Part shown: positions 1 to 12,827 of the stretch, piece by piece
Layout: the number at the start of each line of letters is the position of its first letter
How positions within the stretch are numbered: the stretch's first letter is position 1
Source of the DNA: Mizuhopecten yessoensis
Lineage: Eukaryota
NCBI RefSeq assembly: GCF_002113885.1
Contig: NW_018404481.1
Span: 795,322-859,321, forward strand
Length of the DNA stretch: 64,000 nucleotides
Direction: 5' to 3'
Made by a program: the position numbers and the translations under genes
The notes under the pieces: generated by a model
Database searches by the model: none
Seen by the model: the letters and a program-made list of their open reading frames with translations, nothing else
Told to the model about the DNA's origin: nothing

Positions 1-350
1 GTGGTCGGTCACCAGATGTGTGGTGTCGGCAACGAGAGGGTGGTCGGTCACCAGATGTGTGGTGTCGGCAACGAGAGGGTAGTCGGTCACCAGATGTGTG
101 GTGTCGGCAACGAGAGTGTGATCAGTCACCAGATGTGTGGTGTCGGCAACGAGAGTGTGATCGGTCGCAATATGTGTGGTGTCGGCAACGAGAGTGTGGT
201 CGGTCACCAGATGTGTGGTGTCGGCAACGAGAGTGTGGTCAGTCACCAGATGTGTGGTGTCGGCAACGAGAGTGTGGTCAGTCACCAGATGTGTGGTGTC
301 GGCCGCAAGATGATGGTCGGTCAGAAGATACGTCGGTGTCGGCCACGAGA
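1..350. repeat. 39-bp minisatellite (GTGGTCGGTCACCAGATGTGTGGTGTCGGCAACGAGAGT), about 8-9 copies, cut by the window edge
   Basis: Direct tandem periodicity of 39 bp that degenerates after about 300. It explains ORFs 1..375 and 18..359. Confidence 0.95.
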
Positions 351-2469
351 GTTTGGTAGGTCACAAGAAGGGTAGGTCACAAAAGAGTATCTGTTGCAAA
401 TCGTGAGAAGTGTCGGTCGCAAACTCAAGTCAATCCATCATGCACCTGATATAAATTATTCAAATCCCTACGAATAACTTGCTTGAAATGTATTCATAAA
501 TAGGAGCATTACAAAAATTGAATAATTTGCAGTAAGTTAAGTAATCTACAGAATAAATTCGTTTAGATATTAATTTCGTAATTTTGTTCGACCTATTCAA
601 ATTTTGTATCTCACGGTTTCTATATCAGCTTTTAAGTGTATGTGTGACCGTACAAAATCAATTTTGTACTCGTTACATATTTTGTGAATATTTTTCAATA
701 ATTGTTTTTTATCTCTTAGATTCATTTCTATCACAGGCTGTGCATGTAATAGTGTCGACATTCCAGTCAGGATTATTCTACCAATGTTACAGAGTTATCA
801 ATTAATTTCCTGAATAATTCGACTGTTTCATGTTAATCATTTGAAATATTTATTTTGTTAACTTAACCGGCCTGTGGGTTCCCCTGAAATGACAGGACAA
901 CTTTTGTCTAATCCGTGATAATATGTCTGTTCAAAACGTTCTAAGATGTAGAGATCACGTGATACGGAAATCGCATAATATTCAAGTCATTTTGACGACC
1001 GTGTGTATATATTGAGGAGCTTATAATCTTACCCGTAGGAAACTTTGTCTATGTGATTTATTAAACACGACTAATCTATCAAGAAAGTGCTGTCACTTAG
1101 TTCGAATGTATTTAGTTGAATACTGAATCAACCAGGATTTGATATGATGGAGAGATTTGCATGTTCGCACTAACGGAAATCCCTTGACAACTGCAAAAAT
1201 ATAGTCAGGACGTATATAATATTATAATAGAGTATGCTTAGGGAGTGTTACACAATGTGTGGTTTCACACAAAGTAATAATACCTTTAGTTCAGACATAT
1301 TTCCATCAAGTGATTACCATCGGCGATGCTGCATAGTGCGTAATTAAGAATATATTTAATTATGACCTGTAACGAGAACGCGACTGTGGTGTCGTGTTCG
1401 ATAATTATATGAGACTCAACTAGTGCTAAACAATCGCGTTGCTGAATTAAAAAGACAAAGTATAATCAAAATTTGCGACAGTGAAATTATCTCTTTTCCT
1501 AAGTAACTCTTGGTATAAATGTTAACCTTATAAAAACATAAATCATATTCGAACCATTTAAATTCAAATTGAATTATTTGGTAATTTAGTCTACTTTTTC
1601 CAAAGTAATCCAAATTTAATTCCACAAACTTTACTTTCTGAATATATTTGATTATTTCAGAATATAGAAGTTAGCTAATGTGCGACAAAAAACGATTTGA
1701 TGATAACCTATTCAACCGCCTAAGATATTCTAGTTTAGTGGCAGACCTAAGTGCAAATTGTTTGCCGGCCCGGTGGTAGAGCCAGTTGACCTTGTGGTTA
1801 CCCCAATAACAAACCTGCGTTCTGTATTAAATGAACCTTTAGGTATTAAGGACATATTCGTATATAGTGTTGACAAGTACGGCTCATCTATTTCACCCCC
1901 ACACTGTCCTATTTTTATTAGACATATCTTGACAGAAATGTAGCTTTATTGCATAAAATGTATATATTTTTTTCCTACGCAAAAATATATAACGCGTAGT
2001 AGCAAGGACAGTTGCTCCCGAGAAACCTGTGTGTTTATTATGTCCATGTAAGTGAAATGTTAGTAATGTATTAAGTATAAGAGGTGATGTTGAGGAAAAT
2101 GACAGGAGATTGGTGATGAGCCGACAGGTATCGTTCACAAACCTGTCACACACTGTCACAGAAACGTTAATGATAGCCTCGCTAACCTTCACGTGTGATC
2201 CTATACACTCCGCACAAACAAAACATTGTTTTGGTTAACACGGAATCATGTGTTAACCTCATATCGGTTGAATGTATTTACGTACAGAAGGGTTTTAAAG
2301 CAAACTCGATGCTTGCCATTATTCATTCGGAACACCTCGCCCCGATTCCAGTTCCTTCCAACGTAGCACTCGGAACTTCTCGACCGATACGGTCATCTAC
2401 GATGAACATCTTGAAGACGAGGTGTTCCGAATGCATACGTAGATGACCGAATCGGCCGAGAAGTTCCGA

Positions 2470-2720
2470 GTGGCCATTATTAGGAGATCATTCCAATTGT
2501 TAGAGGACGCAACATTCGTGCCACTCTTCAAATGTCTTTTGAGGATACAGTTGGAATACGTTGGAGCAGTATGGTCACCGTACAATTTAAAATATGTAGA
2601 CAAACTAGAAAGCGTACAACGTCGCGCTCCAAAATACGTACCGGGGATGAAGGGCCTAGTAGAATATCCAGGAAGATATAAGAAATTGAACCTTCCAACA
2701 CTACATATATAGAGGCCGGC
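2470..2720 (+). mobile_element. Degenerate CR1/L2-clade LINE fragment (ORF2 C-terminal region after the RT domain)
   Basis: Translation IIRRSFQLLEDATFVPLFKCLLRIQLEYVGAVWSPYNLKYVDKLESVQRRAPKYVPGMKGL..LNLPTL matches the CR1-type motif LxRPxLEYxxxVWSPY..LExVQRRATK..LxLPTL. Confidence 0.85.
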
Positions 2721-4711
2721 ATGCACTTGTGTTAAGCTTTGGAGTGAGGAATCAATCAAAAATAATATACCCATATCAGTCAACAACATCCCTGAGGAGA
2801 AACTAATTCACATTTCGTACAGTCAAAACCCGGAACAATCTTCCGGAGGACGTTGTATCCGCACCAAATATCAATACTTTTAAGAACGGAATAGATAAAC
2901 TTTGGCAGAATGAAGAACTTTCTTATAGTTATTAGGGCAAATGTAATTAACGATGCACTTTAACTATATATTATACAATTATTTATTGTTTGAGTCCAAT
3001 GTAGAGGAGTTTTATCGGCTCCTGTATTTGAAACTAACTTCAACTGTTACTTTAACTTTATTGGCATTTTTGTTTATGGAATCCTGTCATACATACATAA
3101 TTGTTTTTAGAAACAATGCACAATCTGAACATTTATATTTTTCTATCAACACGCAATCATTAAATCTTAACAGATTTGTTCTGAAGGAGTTTGACATGCT
3201 TAATAGCTCTGTTGTTGAAAATCGATACTAAGTCAATCACTTTTTATTTTGTACGGTTTTCAGTTTAAATGAGAACGAGTGAAAATTCAACACTCGTTCA
3301 GTTGATAATTGCTGAAAAGAGGAGCATTCCTAAAACGAGTCAGGGATAGGTTATTTTCGTTGTTTACAAAAAAATGTGGATAATATAGCATGGATTTTTG
3401 AGCAAACGTATTTTATAAACATTTTTTCTACGTAACATATTTGTTTACATATTAGGTATTTACGAATCCAAACATTTAATCTATATTGGCCAATCTTAGT
3501 ACAAGCAAATTATCTATATTTGTAGATGGAACTACAAACCTGGGCCCGAATTCGTGAAACCGTTCTCTTGCTCAAGCATGAATTCTGTGCTCAAGCCAAC
3601 TTTCTTGTAACTCGCTTCAATCACGAGACACAGAAAAAGGGTAAAGTTTAAATATTAAACGATATATCGGCTTTTAGTCTCTCCAAAATTCGTCCAAATC
3701 ATTGAGAAAAAAATGGATTTTAGTTATTTTATCACCGGAACAAGAAATATGTCTATATGTATCAATATAACACAAACATATTTCTTTATAGATGCGAGTA
3801 AATCAGGTTTTATACATGTTTGTTTATCATGAATATGAGGACAAATATTGTATTACCTTTATTTATGTTTTAATTAATTTTGGCTTTTAAATATCAAATC
3901 TTGACATTTAAATTCGGTATAAAAATTAAAGTGATGTCATGATGTTTTTGAAAATATTAGAAAATCAGCTTCAGGTATAATTTCAACTGATCGCAGAATG
4001 GACTATTTTACTTAAAAACTTTAATCTGTAGCTGTAACTGAATATCCAGTTTTTTTCTTCTAAAATATAATTATTGGTATATTTCCTATCTTTTGACTCC
4101 TCCAACAAGAACAAACAAGAAAATAGCCTACCATTAGTGGCTCCTTTGATAATAAATATCTCGTTTACATGCATCAAAACTATTCTTACAGAAAGTAATT
4201 ACTTTTAATAATTTCAGCTTATCTACTTGCTAGTTCGGAGGGAAATAGCGATTCGGTAGTAAGTCGGACCCGTGGAGATATCACTACGCCTGTGCTATGG
4301 TCTCATAACACGGAAGTTGCTTTGCTAGTGTTATATAGTGGCAATGCAGAGCAAATGTAAATATACTCTGATTCACAATTTATTCTCTTAGTATTAAGTG
4401 TGTTATGGTCATTAATTTACTTTACTGCTTTCGAGACATCTTGTCATGAACTTGAATTGCTGTTCACGTCTATGGCATGTTTAGATGATATCATTTTTCA
4501 TTTTTCCTTATTTTGAATGTAAATGTAAGTTTGTCCAACGCCACGATTATATTAAGAGAAATGCTAACTTTTACAATTATATGACGTTAATGTAAGTTGA
4601 TTATATAACTGCGATATTTGCAGATCAAAGTCTACATTAATTCATCATAAATATTCAATTTCCAAGGACAAAGTGTTTCAGTTCCTCACCAAAAATAAAT
4701 TCATCACTTGT

Positions 4712-6390
4712 AATACAACACTACCTTACCAGTCAGTATGTTACAATGCTGGGGCACATACAACACTACCTTACCAGTCAGTATGTTACAATGTTAGGAC
4801 ACATACAACAATACCTTACCAGTCAGTATGTTACAATGTTAGGACTCATACAACACTACCTTACCAGTCAGTATTTTACAATTTTAGGACACATACAACC
4901 CTACCTTACCAGTCAGTATGTTACAATGTTATGACACATACAACACTACGTATGTTACAATGTTAGGGCACATAAAACAATACCTTACCAGTAAGTATGT
5001 TACAATGTTAGTACACATACAACACTACCATACCAGTCAGTATGTTACAACGTTAGGACACATACAACTCTACCTTACCAGTCAGTCAGTTGCAATGTTA
5101 GGACACATAAAACACTGCCTTACCAGTCAGTATGCTACAATGTTAGAGCACATCCACCACTTCCTTACCAGTCAGTATGCTACAATGTTAGAGCACACAC
5201 AACACTACCTTACCAATCAGTATGTAACAGTGTTAAAGCAAATACAACACTACCTTACGAGTCAGGATGTTGCAATGTTAGGGCACATAAAACAATACCT
5301 TACCAGTCAATATGGTGCAATGTTAGGACACATAAAACACTGCCTTACCAGTCAGTATGTGACAATGTTAGGACACATGCAACAATACCTTACCAGTAAG
5401 TATGTTGCAATGTTAGGAAACATACAACCCTACCTTACCAGTCAGTACGTTACAATGTTAGGACACAAACAACACTACCTTACCATCCAGTATGTTACAA
5501 TGTTGGAGCACATACAACACTACCTTAACAGTCAGTATGTTGCAATCTTAGGACACATACAACACGACCTTACCAGTCAATATGTTACAATGTTAGAGCA
5601 CACACAACACTACCTTACCATCCAGTATGTTACAATGTTTGGACACATACAACACTACGTATGTTACAATGTTAGGTCACATACAACACTACCTTGCCAG
5701 TCAGTATTTTACAATGTTAGGACACATACAAAAATACCTTACCAGTCAGGATTTTACAATTTTAGGACTCATACAACCCTACCTTACCAGTCAGTCTGTT
5801 ACAATGTTAGAGCACACACAACACTACCTTACCATCCAGTATGTTACAATGTTTGGACACATACAACACTAACTTACCAGTCAGAATGTTACAATGTTCG
5901 AGCACATACAACACTACATTACCAGTCAATATGTTACAATGTTAGGGCACATACAACACTACTCATACAACACTACCTTAACAGTCAGTATGTTGCAACG
6001 TTAGGACACATACAACACGACCTTACCAGTCAATATGGTGCAATGTTAGGACACATGCAACAATACCTTACCAGCCAGTATGTTACAATGTTTGGACACA
6101 TACAACACTAACTTACCAGTCAGAATGTTACAATGTTAGAGCACACACAACACTACCTTACCATCCAGTATGTTACAATGTTTGGACACATACAACACTA
6201 GCTTACCAGTCAGTATGTAACAGTGTTAAAGCAAATACAACACTACCTTACCAGTCAGCATGTTACAATGTTAGGACTATACAACAATACCTTACCAGTC
6301 AGTATGTTGCAATGTTAGGACACATACAACACTACCTTACCAGTCAGTATGTTGTAATGTTAGAGCACATACAACACTACCTTACGAGTT
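4712..6390. repeat. 45-bp minisatellite (CATACAACACTACCTTACCAGTCAGTATGTTACAATGTTAGGACA), about 37 copies
   Basis: Tandem periodicity. The 15-aa translated unit in the ORF track confirms 45 bp. Confidence 0.95.
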
Positions 6391-6549
6391 AGAAGTACAG
6401 ATGAATCATCATGCAGAGTAATATGCATAGCACACCACAGAGATAAATTGCTCTTGTCCCAGGATAATTCACACCAAATTAAGTAAACGCATATTTCAGG
6501 AGTAGTAATTACTATTTTTGTTTTTTTGACGCATTCAATATGCAGCAAA

Positions 6550-7050
6550 CTTAAATCCCCAAATTAAGATTGGAAGGGACATTGTGGTTAAGCTTGTCTA
6601 TCCATCGATATGTCCCAACTCCGTTTCCGCACAAATGCTCGTGTTCATGTGGGTCAAATGTATACAGTGTTTTCTTACTGGAATGGCTTGCTTGTGTAAG
6701 TTGTTTTTGTCTGAATGTCAAAGGTCATGGTCACTATAACTCTGCAAAGACATTTAGTCCCGAACTTATTTTTGCGTATCTTATCAAACAATTTACATCA
6801 ATGCTTCCTCACTGAAAGAGCACGCCTATGATTACCTTTCAAAAACGAATGTCAAATGTCAAGGTCATGGTGACTATGCTTGTCTCCTCAATAACTTTGG
6901 TTCCCTTTGGCCAATAACCCTCAGGTACTGCTTCCTTCTTTGGGATTGCTTACAAGATCTGAAGGTCAAATGTCAACTCGACTGTTACTATAAATAGCAA
7001 ATTGATTTCTGTTCAAGAATTCTAGTTTACATGGGTCGAGGGGTGACTTC
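6550..7050. mobile_element. Degenerate Helentron/HINE-like non-autonomous repeat fragment
   Basis: Recurrent GTCAAAGGTCA/AAGGTCATGGT motifs and a TCCG/TCCA-type micro-repeat near one end, as recalled for bivalve HINE-like repeats. Family assignment is inference. Confidence 0.35.
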
Positions 7051-7276
7051 CCCTTTGTTTCCCCCCTGCCTCATGCCCCTGCCCCATCATGTATGTAATG
7101 CTATTATTTCACTGCAGTTCTTCATAATGAAAATACAAATAGCGTATTTCATAGCAGATCACTTGAAGTATAATCAACTGCGTTGACAAAATTGAAAAGA
7201 AGAACAAAAAAATATGCCAAGTAAAACTTCGATCATTTTAAACAGTTACTGTTATGGTTATTAGATGTGTTACGAT

Positions 7277-10200
7277 TAACCTCTAAACCGTTTGATTGGC
7301 TGTGTTACCCTAACTCATGGTAACCTTTTAACCGTTTGATTGGCTGTGTTACCCTAGCTCATGGTAACCTCTAAACGGTTTGATTGGTTGTGTTACCCTA
7401 ACTCATGTAACCTCTAAACCGTTTGTTTGGCTGTGTTACCTTAACTCATGTAACCTCTAAACCGTTTTAGTGACTGTGTTACCCTTACTCATGGTAACCT
7501 CTAAACCGTTTGATTGGCTGTGTCACCCTAACTCATGGGAACCTTTAAACCGTTTGATTGGGTGTGTTACCCTAACTCATGGTAACCTCTAAACCGCTTG
7601 ATTGGCTGTGTTACCCTAACTCATGGTAACCTCGTAACCGTTTGATTGGCTGTGTTACCCTAACTCACGGTAACCTTTTAACCGTTTGATTGGCTGTGTT
7701 ACCCTAGCTCATGGTAACCTCTAAACGGTTTGATTGGTTGTGTTACCCTAACTCATGTAACCTCTAAACCGTTTTAGTGACTGTGTTACCCTAAATCATG
7801 TAACCTCTAAACCGTTTGATTGGCTGTGTTTCCCTAACTCATGGTAACCTCTAAACCGTTTGATTGGCTGTGTCACCCTAACTCATGGTAACCTTTCAAC
7901 CGTTTGATTGGCTGTGTTTCCCTAACTCATGGTAACCTCTAAACCGTTTGATTGGCTGTTAGACCGCTTTTTTGGCTGTGTTACCCTAACTCATGGTAAC
8001 CTCTAAACCGTTTGATTGGCTGTTAGACCGCTTTTTTGGCTGTGTTACCCTAACTCATGGTAACCTCTAGACCGCTTTTTTGGCTGTGTTACCCTAACTC
8101 ATGGTAACCTCTAAACCGTTTGATTGGCTGTTAGACCGCTTTTTTGGCTGTGTTACCCTAACTCATGGTAACCTCTAGACCGCTTTTTTGGCTGTGTTAC
8201 CCTAACTCATGGTAACCTCTAAACCGCTTGATTGGCTGTGTTACCCTAACTCATGGTAACCTTTCAACCGTTTGATTGGGTGTGTTACCCTAACTCATGT
8301 AACCTCTAAACCGTTTTAGTGACTGTGTTACCCTTACTCATGGTAACCTCTAAACCGTTTGATTGGCTGTGTTACCCTAACGCATGGTAACCTCTAAACC
8401 GTTTGATTGGCTGTGTCACCCTAACTCATGGTAACATTTAAACCGTTTGATTGGGTGTGTTACCCTAACTCATGTAACCTCTAAACCGTTTGTTTGGCTG
8501 TGTTACCCTAACTCATGTAACCTCTAAACCGTTTTAGTGACTGTGTTACCCTTACTCATGGTAACCTCTAAACCGTTTGATTGGCTGTGTCACCCTAACT
8601 CATCGTAACCTTTCAACCGTTTGATTGGGTGTGTTACCCTAACTCATGTAACCTCTAAACCGTTTGATTGGCTGTGTTTCCCTAACTCATGTAACCTCTA
8701 AACCGTTTTAGTGACTGTGTTACCCTTACTCATGGTAACCTCTAAACCGTTTGATTGGCTGTGTCACCCTAACTCATGGTAACCTTTAAACCGTTTGATT
8801 GGGTGTGTTACCCTAACTCATGTAACCTCTAAACCGTTTGATTGGGTGTGTTACCCTAACTCATGTAACCTCTAAACCGTTTTAGTGACTGTGTTACCCT
8901 AAATCATGTAACCTCTAAACCGTTTGATTGGCTGTGTTACCCTAACTCATGTAACCTCTAAACCGTTTGATTGGGTGTGTTACCCTAACTCATGTAACCT
9001 CTAAACCGTTTGTTTGGCTGTGTTACCTTAACTCATGTAACCTCTAAACCGTTTTAGTGACTGTGTTACCCTAACTCATGGTAACCTTTCAACCGTTTGA
9101 TTGGTTGTGTTACCCTAACTCATAGTAACCTCTTAACCGTTTGTTTGGCTGTGTTACCCTAACTCATGGTAACCTCTAAACCGTTTGATTGGCTGTGTTA
9201 CCCTAACTCATGGTAACCTCTAAACCGTTTGTTTGGCTGTGTTACCCTAAATCATGGTAACCCCTAAACCGGTTGATATGCTGTGTTACCCTAACTCATG
9301 GTAACTTTTAAACCGTTTGAGTGGCTGTGTTACCCTAACTCATGGTAACTTTTAAACCGTTCGAGTGGCTGTGTTACCCTAACTCATGGTAACTTCTTAA
9401 CCGTTTGAGTACCTGTGTTACCCTAACTCATGGTAACCTCTAAACCGTTTGTTTGGCTGTGTTACCATAACTCATGGTAACCTCTAAACCGTTTGATTGG
9501 CTGTGTCACCCTAACTCATGGTAACCTTTAAACCGTTTGATTGGGTGTGTTACCCTAACTCATGGTAACCTCTAAACCGTTTGATTGGCTGTGTCACCCT
9601 AACTCATGGTAACCTTTAAACCGTTTGATTGGGTGTGTTACCCTAACTCATGTAACCTCTAAACCGTTTGTTTGGCTGTGTTACCTTATCTCATGGTAAC
9701 CTCTAAACCGTTTGTTTGGCTGTGTTACCATAACTCATGGTAACCTCTAAACCGTTTGATTGGCTGTGTCACCCTAACTCATGGTAACCTTTAAACCGTT
9801 TGATTGGGTGTGTTACCCTAACTCATGTAACCTCTAAACCGTTTGTTTGGCTGTGTTACCCTAACTCATGGTAACCTCTAAACCGATTGTTTGGCTGTGT
9901 TACCCTAAATCATGGTAACCTCTAAACCGTTTGTTTGGCTGTGTTACCTTAACTCATGTAACCTCTAAACCGTTTTAGTGACTGTGTTACCCTAACTCAT
10001 GTAACCTCTAAACCGTTTTAGTGACTGTGTTACCCTAACTCATGTAACCTCTAAACCGTTTGTTTGGCTGTGTTACCATAACTCATGGTAACCTCTAAAC
10101 CGTTTGATTGGCTGTGTCACCCTAACTCATGGTAACCTTTAAACCGTTTGATTGGGTGTGTTACCCTAACTCATGGTAACCTCTAAACAGTTTGATTGGC

Positions 10201-10573
10201 TGTGTTACCCTAACTCATGGTAACCTTTCAACCGTTTGATTGGCTGTGTTACCCTAACTCATGGTAACCTTTTAACCGTTTGATTGGCTGTGTTACCCTA
10301 ACTCATGGTAACCTTTTAACCGTTTGATTGACTGTGTTACCCTAACTCATGGTAACCTTTTAACCGTTTGATTGACTGTGTTACCCTAACTCATGGTAAC
10401 CTCTTAACCGTTTGATTGACTGTGTTACCCTAACTCATGGTAACCTTTTAACCGTTTGATTGGCTGTGTTACCTTAACTCATGGTAACCTCTTAACCGTT
10501 TGATTGGCTGTGTTTCCCTAGCTCATGGTAACCTCTAAACCGTTTGATTGGCTGTGTTACCTTAACTCATGGT
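7277..10573. repeat. 43/44-bp minisatellite (TAACCTCTAAACCGTTTGATTGGCTGTGTTACCCTAACTCATGG), about 75 copies
   Basis: Clear tandem periodicity over 3.3 kb with recurring sequence variants. Confidence 0.97.
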
Positions 10574-11639
10574 ATGTCATTAGAAAGCTAAAAATACTGA
10601 CTTAAGTATATATTGATGTTGCTTATCATAATTCCGAATATTTTCATTAATAAAAATATTGCTATGTTTTTATTCACGAATCGGCTTATTTATATTTATT
10701 TTTTATGTTTCCGGTTTGTTTACATTGTTGTTCAAAACACCTTTGTCTCAGTTTTTATATTATCTGGCTTTCATTAGCAAATGCGGTTTTTATGTAGGTG
10801 GTTAATTCAAGAAAGGGCTATGAAAACTTGAGATAACGTTTTTTTTACTATAAATTGTCCAACAAATTTGCCAAATATGAACATCTCTGGGCAAAATATC
10901 TATGAAATGAAGCATTTCGGTTTTTAAAAGTTTTAAAAGGGAATTAATTTTATATGAAATGACCGACAGACAAGCAATGAATCCTTTAAAGAAATCTGAT
11001 TATTTAAATATTTAACACACACGCACATAGAGCTAATGGGTTAACCTTCTTCACCACTATTCCACAATAGACTTCAACTTTCTCCTTCTAACCTTTCCTG
11101 TGGAGTGAAGTTGGATAGTATATGTTATATTTAAGCCAGTGCAGAGAGTATTGTTGTTAACTGCTATTGCGCTACTACATATTTTTGATAGAAAATAAAA
11201 TAATTATTTCGTTTATTTACACAACTTTTTATATATATTTTTTTTTTGATTTTTTGTTTTGTTTTGTAATTCTTATATTCTACAACTTATGTAGGAAGGA
11301 TATATCTTTGATATAACCTAGAAAAAAAATGTCGGATTTTTCAAATATTTAAAGCCCAATACCAATTTTAGCATTGTTAATGTTTCACCCATTGGCCTTA
11401 CCCGATTTTACTACCTTAGGGTTGTGGTATACCTTTCAAAAGAATATCACCTGGTCAAAATAGTGCATCTCACTGACACTTATTGAACTGGAGAAGAAGA
11501 TTGTTAAGTTCCTATAATAATCTACGCTTAGCCTGTTGTTTTTTTTGGAAGTCCATTTATAATCACTTAAACCGGATATGAGCTAATTTAACAAATGAGT
11601 AATCCAGGCTTAAGTTTCTGTCACTTGCAGGATAAACGT

Positions 11640-11667
<28 letters not shown>
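11640..11667. repeat. (CA)n microsatellite
   Basis: Direct. Confidence 0.9.
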
Positions 11668-11672
<5 letters not shown>

Positions 11673-11843
11673 TTGCAGCTTTAAAAGTTTGTAATATATA
11701 CAAAATGCCAAAAATGAATTACGCTGCATCATCACATTTCATTCCCATATGTCAAAATACTATCAACCACTCACAACATAAACATTGTTGTCAACGGTAG
11801 TTCAGTTACCAGTAACAGGAGTTAATGCGAAATAATGCAACAT

Positions 11844-11962
11844 TTGGTTTAGTTTGTTTGTGTTTTACATCCTATTAACAGCTATGGTCATTAAAGGACG
11901 TGCAAAGTTTTGGTGGTGGAAGAAAGCCGGAGTACCAGGGGAAAACCCACCGACCTACGGCC
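11844..11962 (-). mobile_element. 5'-truncated SINE, family 1
   Basis: Reverse-complement similarity to 13254..13465 and direct similarity to 59683..59860, with a (CAAA)-type tail. Confidence 0.8.
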
Positions 11963-12769
11963 AATCGGTAAACGATAGGTAAACCGCAGAGATATTGACT
12001 CTGGGTGTATAATAAGTAATTAATACAGTTTATCACATAGCTGCATTTACTACATCTTACCAGGGAATGATCAAAAATAAAATAAAAACTTTAAGATATA
12101 CGAAATGTTATATCTTCATATGTCAGGATATAAGGTGCAGGATCGATTTAATATTGACCAGTCAAAATGGTATTTTTTATTTACTGCTGAAAATTTTCTA
12201 TTAAGCTTCAAATGAAGCAACTGTCGATTAAGTGGTTGTTTATGTTTACCTTTGATACATTCACAAATTTATTAGCAAACTTCCACAATTGATAACACTT
12301 TGGTAAGCAAAACCTACCAGAAAATAGCAGTAATAATCTTATCTCAATTGTGACTACCAATAGACCTTTTTTGTCAACCATTCTTTTAATTAAAAAAAGA
12401 CAGAATATACATATGCAAAAGCCCAACAGAGTACCAGAAGTGTCATCACACCAAATAATTCCTGATTAATTCAAGAGACTAAATCACAAACACGATATCG
12501 CTGTGTTAATTAAATGTAAATAATGACGTTACTAATGTACATTTATGGCACAACCATTAAACAGCTAGACGGAAACAATGGCGCTTGTTATGTGTGTCGG
12601 CATCTATACACACATACATACACATATGACAGACGTGAAAGGAAAGAAAAAGTCTGACAGTGAATGTATTAGCAAGACGCCTTCCGTTCCGCGCGTCAGA
12701 AGGCTGGTTAACGGTACGGAGCGTGCCCACATTGTTCTGCTGCCCTACTGCTCAGTTTGAATAGACACG

Positions 12770-12827
12770 ATGAAGGATTTATTTTTTATCATTCTCGTGG
12801 TTTTTTCATCATGGACATTTATCTCAG
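12770..12827 (+). CDS. Cys-rich secreted protein exon 1 (signal peptide)
   Basis: ATG, basic residue, hydrophobic core, small residues at the predicted cleavage site, GT donor at 12828. Confidence 0.8.

Noticed and set aside
1-375. Repeat peptide VVGHQMCGVGNES
   Set aside because: A 39-bp unit open in two frames; nothing in the window supports translation. It cannot be fully excluded because the array is cut by the edge.
4918-6111. 397-aa ORF, the longest in the track
   Set aside because: It lies wholly inside the 45-bp minisatellite. Two frames of the unit are stop-free and the ORF switches between them at indels, so no peptide is conserved. No flanking gene structure.
7277-10573. CRISPR-like or telomeric array
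   Set aside because: Units abut with no unique spacers, the context is eukaryotic with no cas genes, and CCCTAA occurs once per unit rather than in tandem. The no-spacer argument applies to all other arrays here.
12578-12760. 60-aa ORF upstream of the secreted-protein ATG
   Set aside because: No protein-like features; it probably overlaps the promoter or 5' UTR. The ATG at 12770 gives a signal peptide and a frame-compatible donor.
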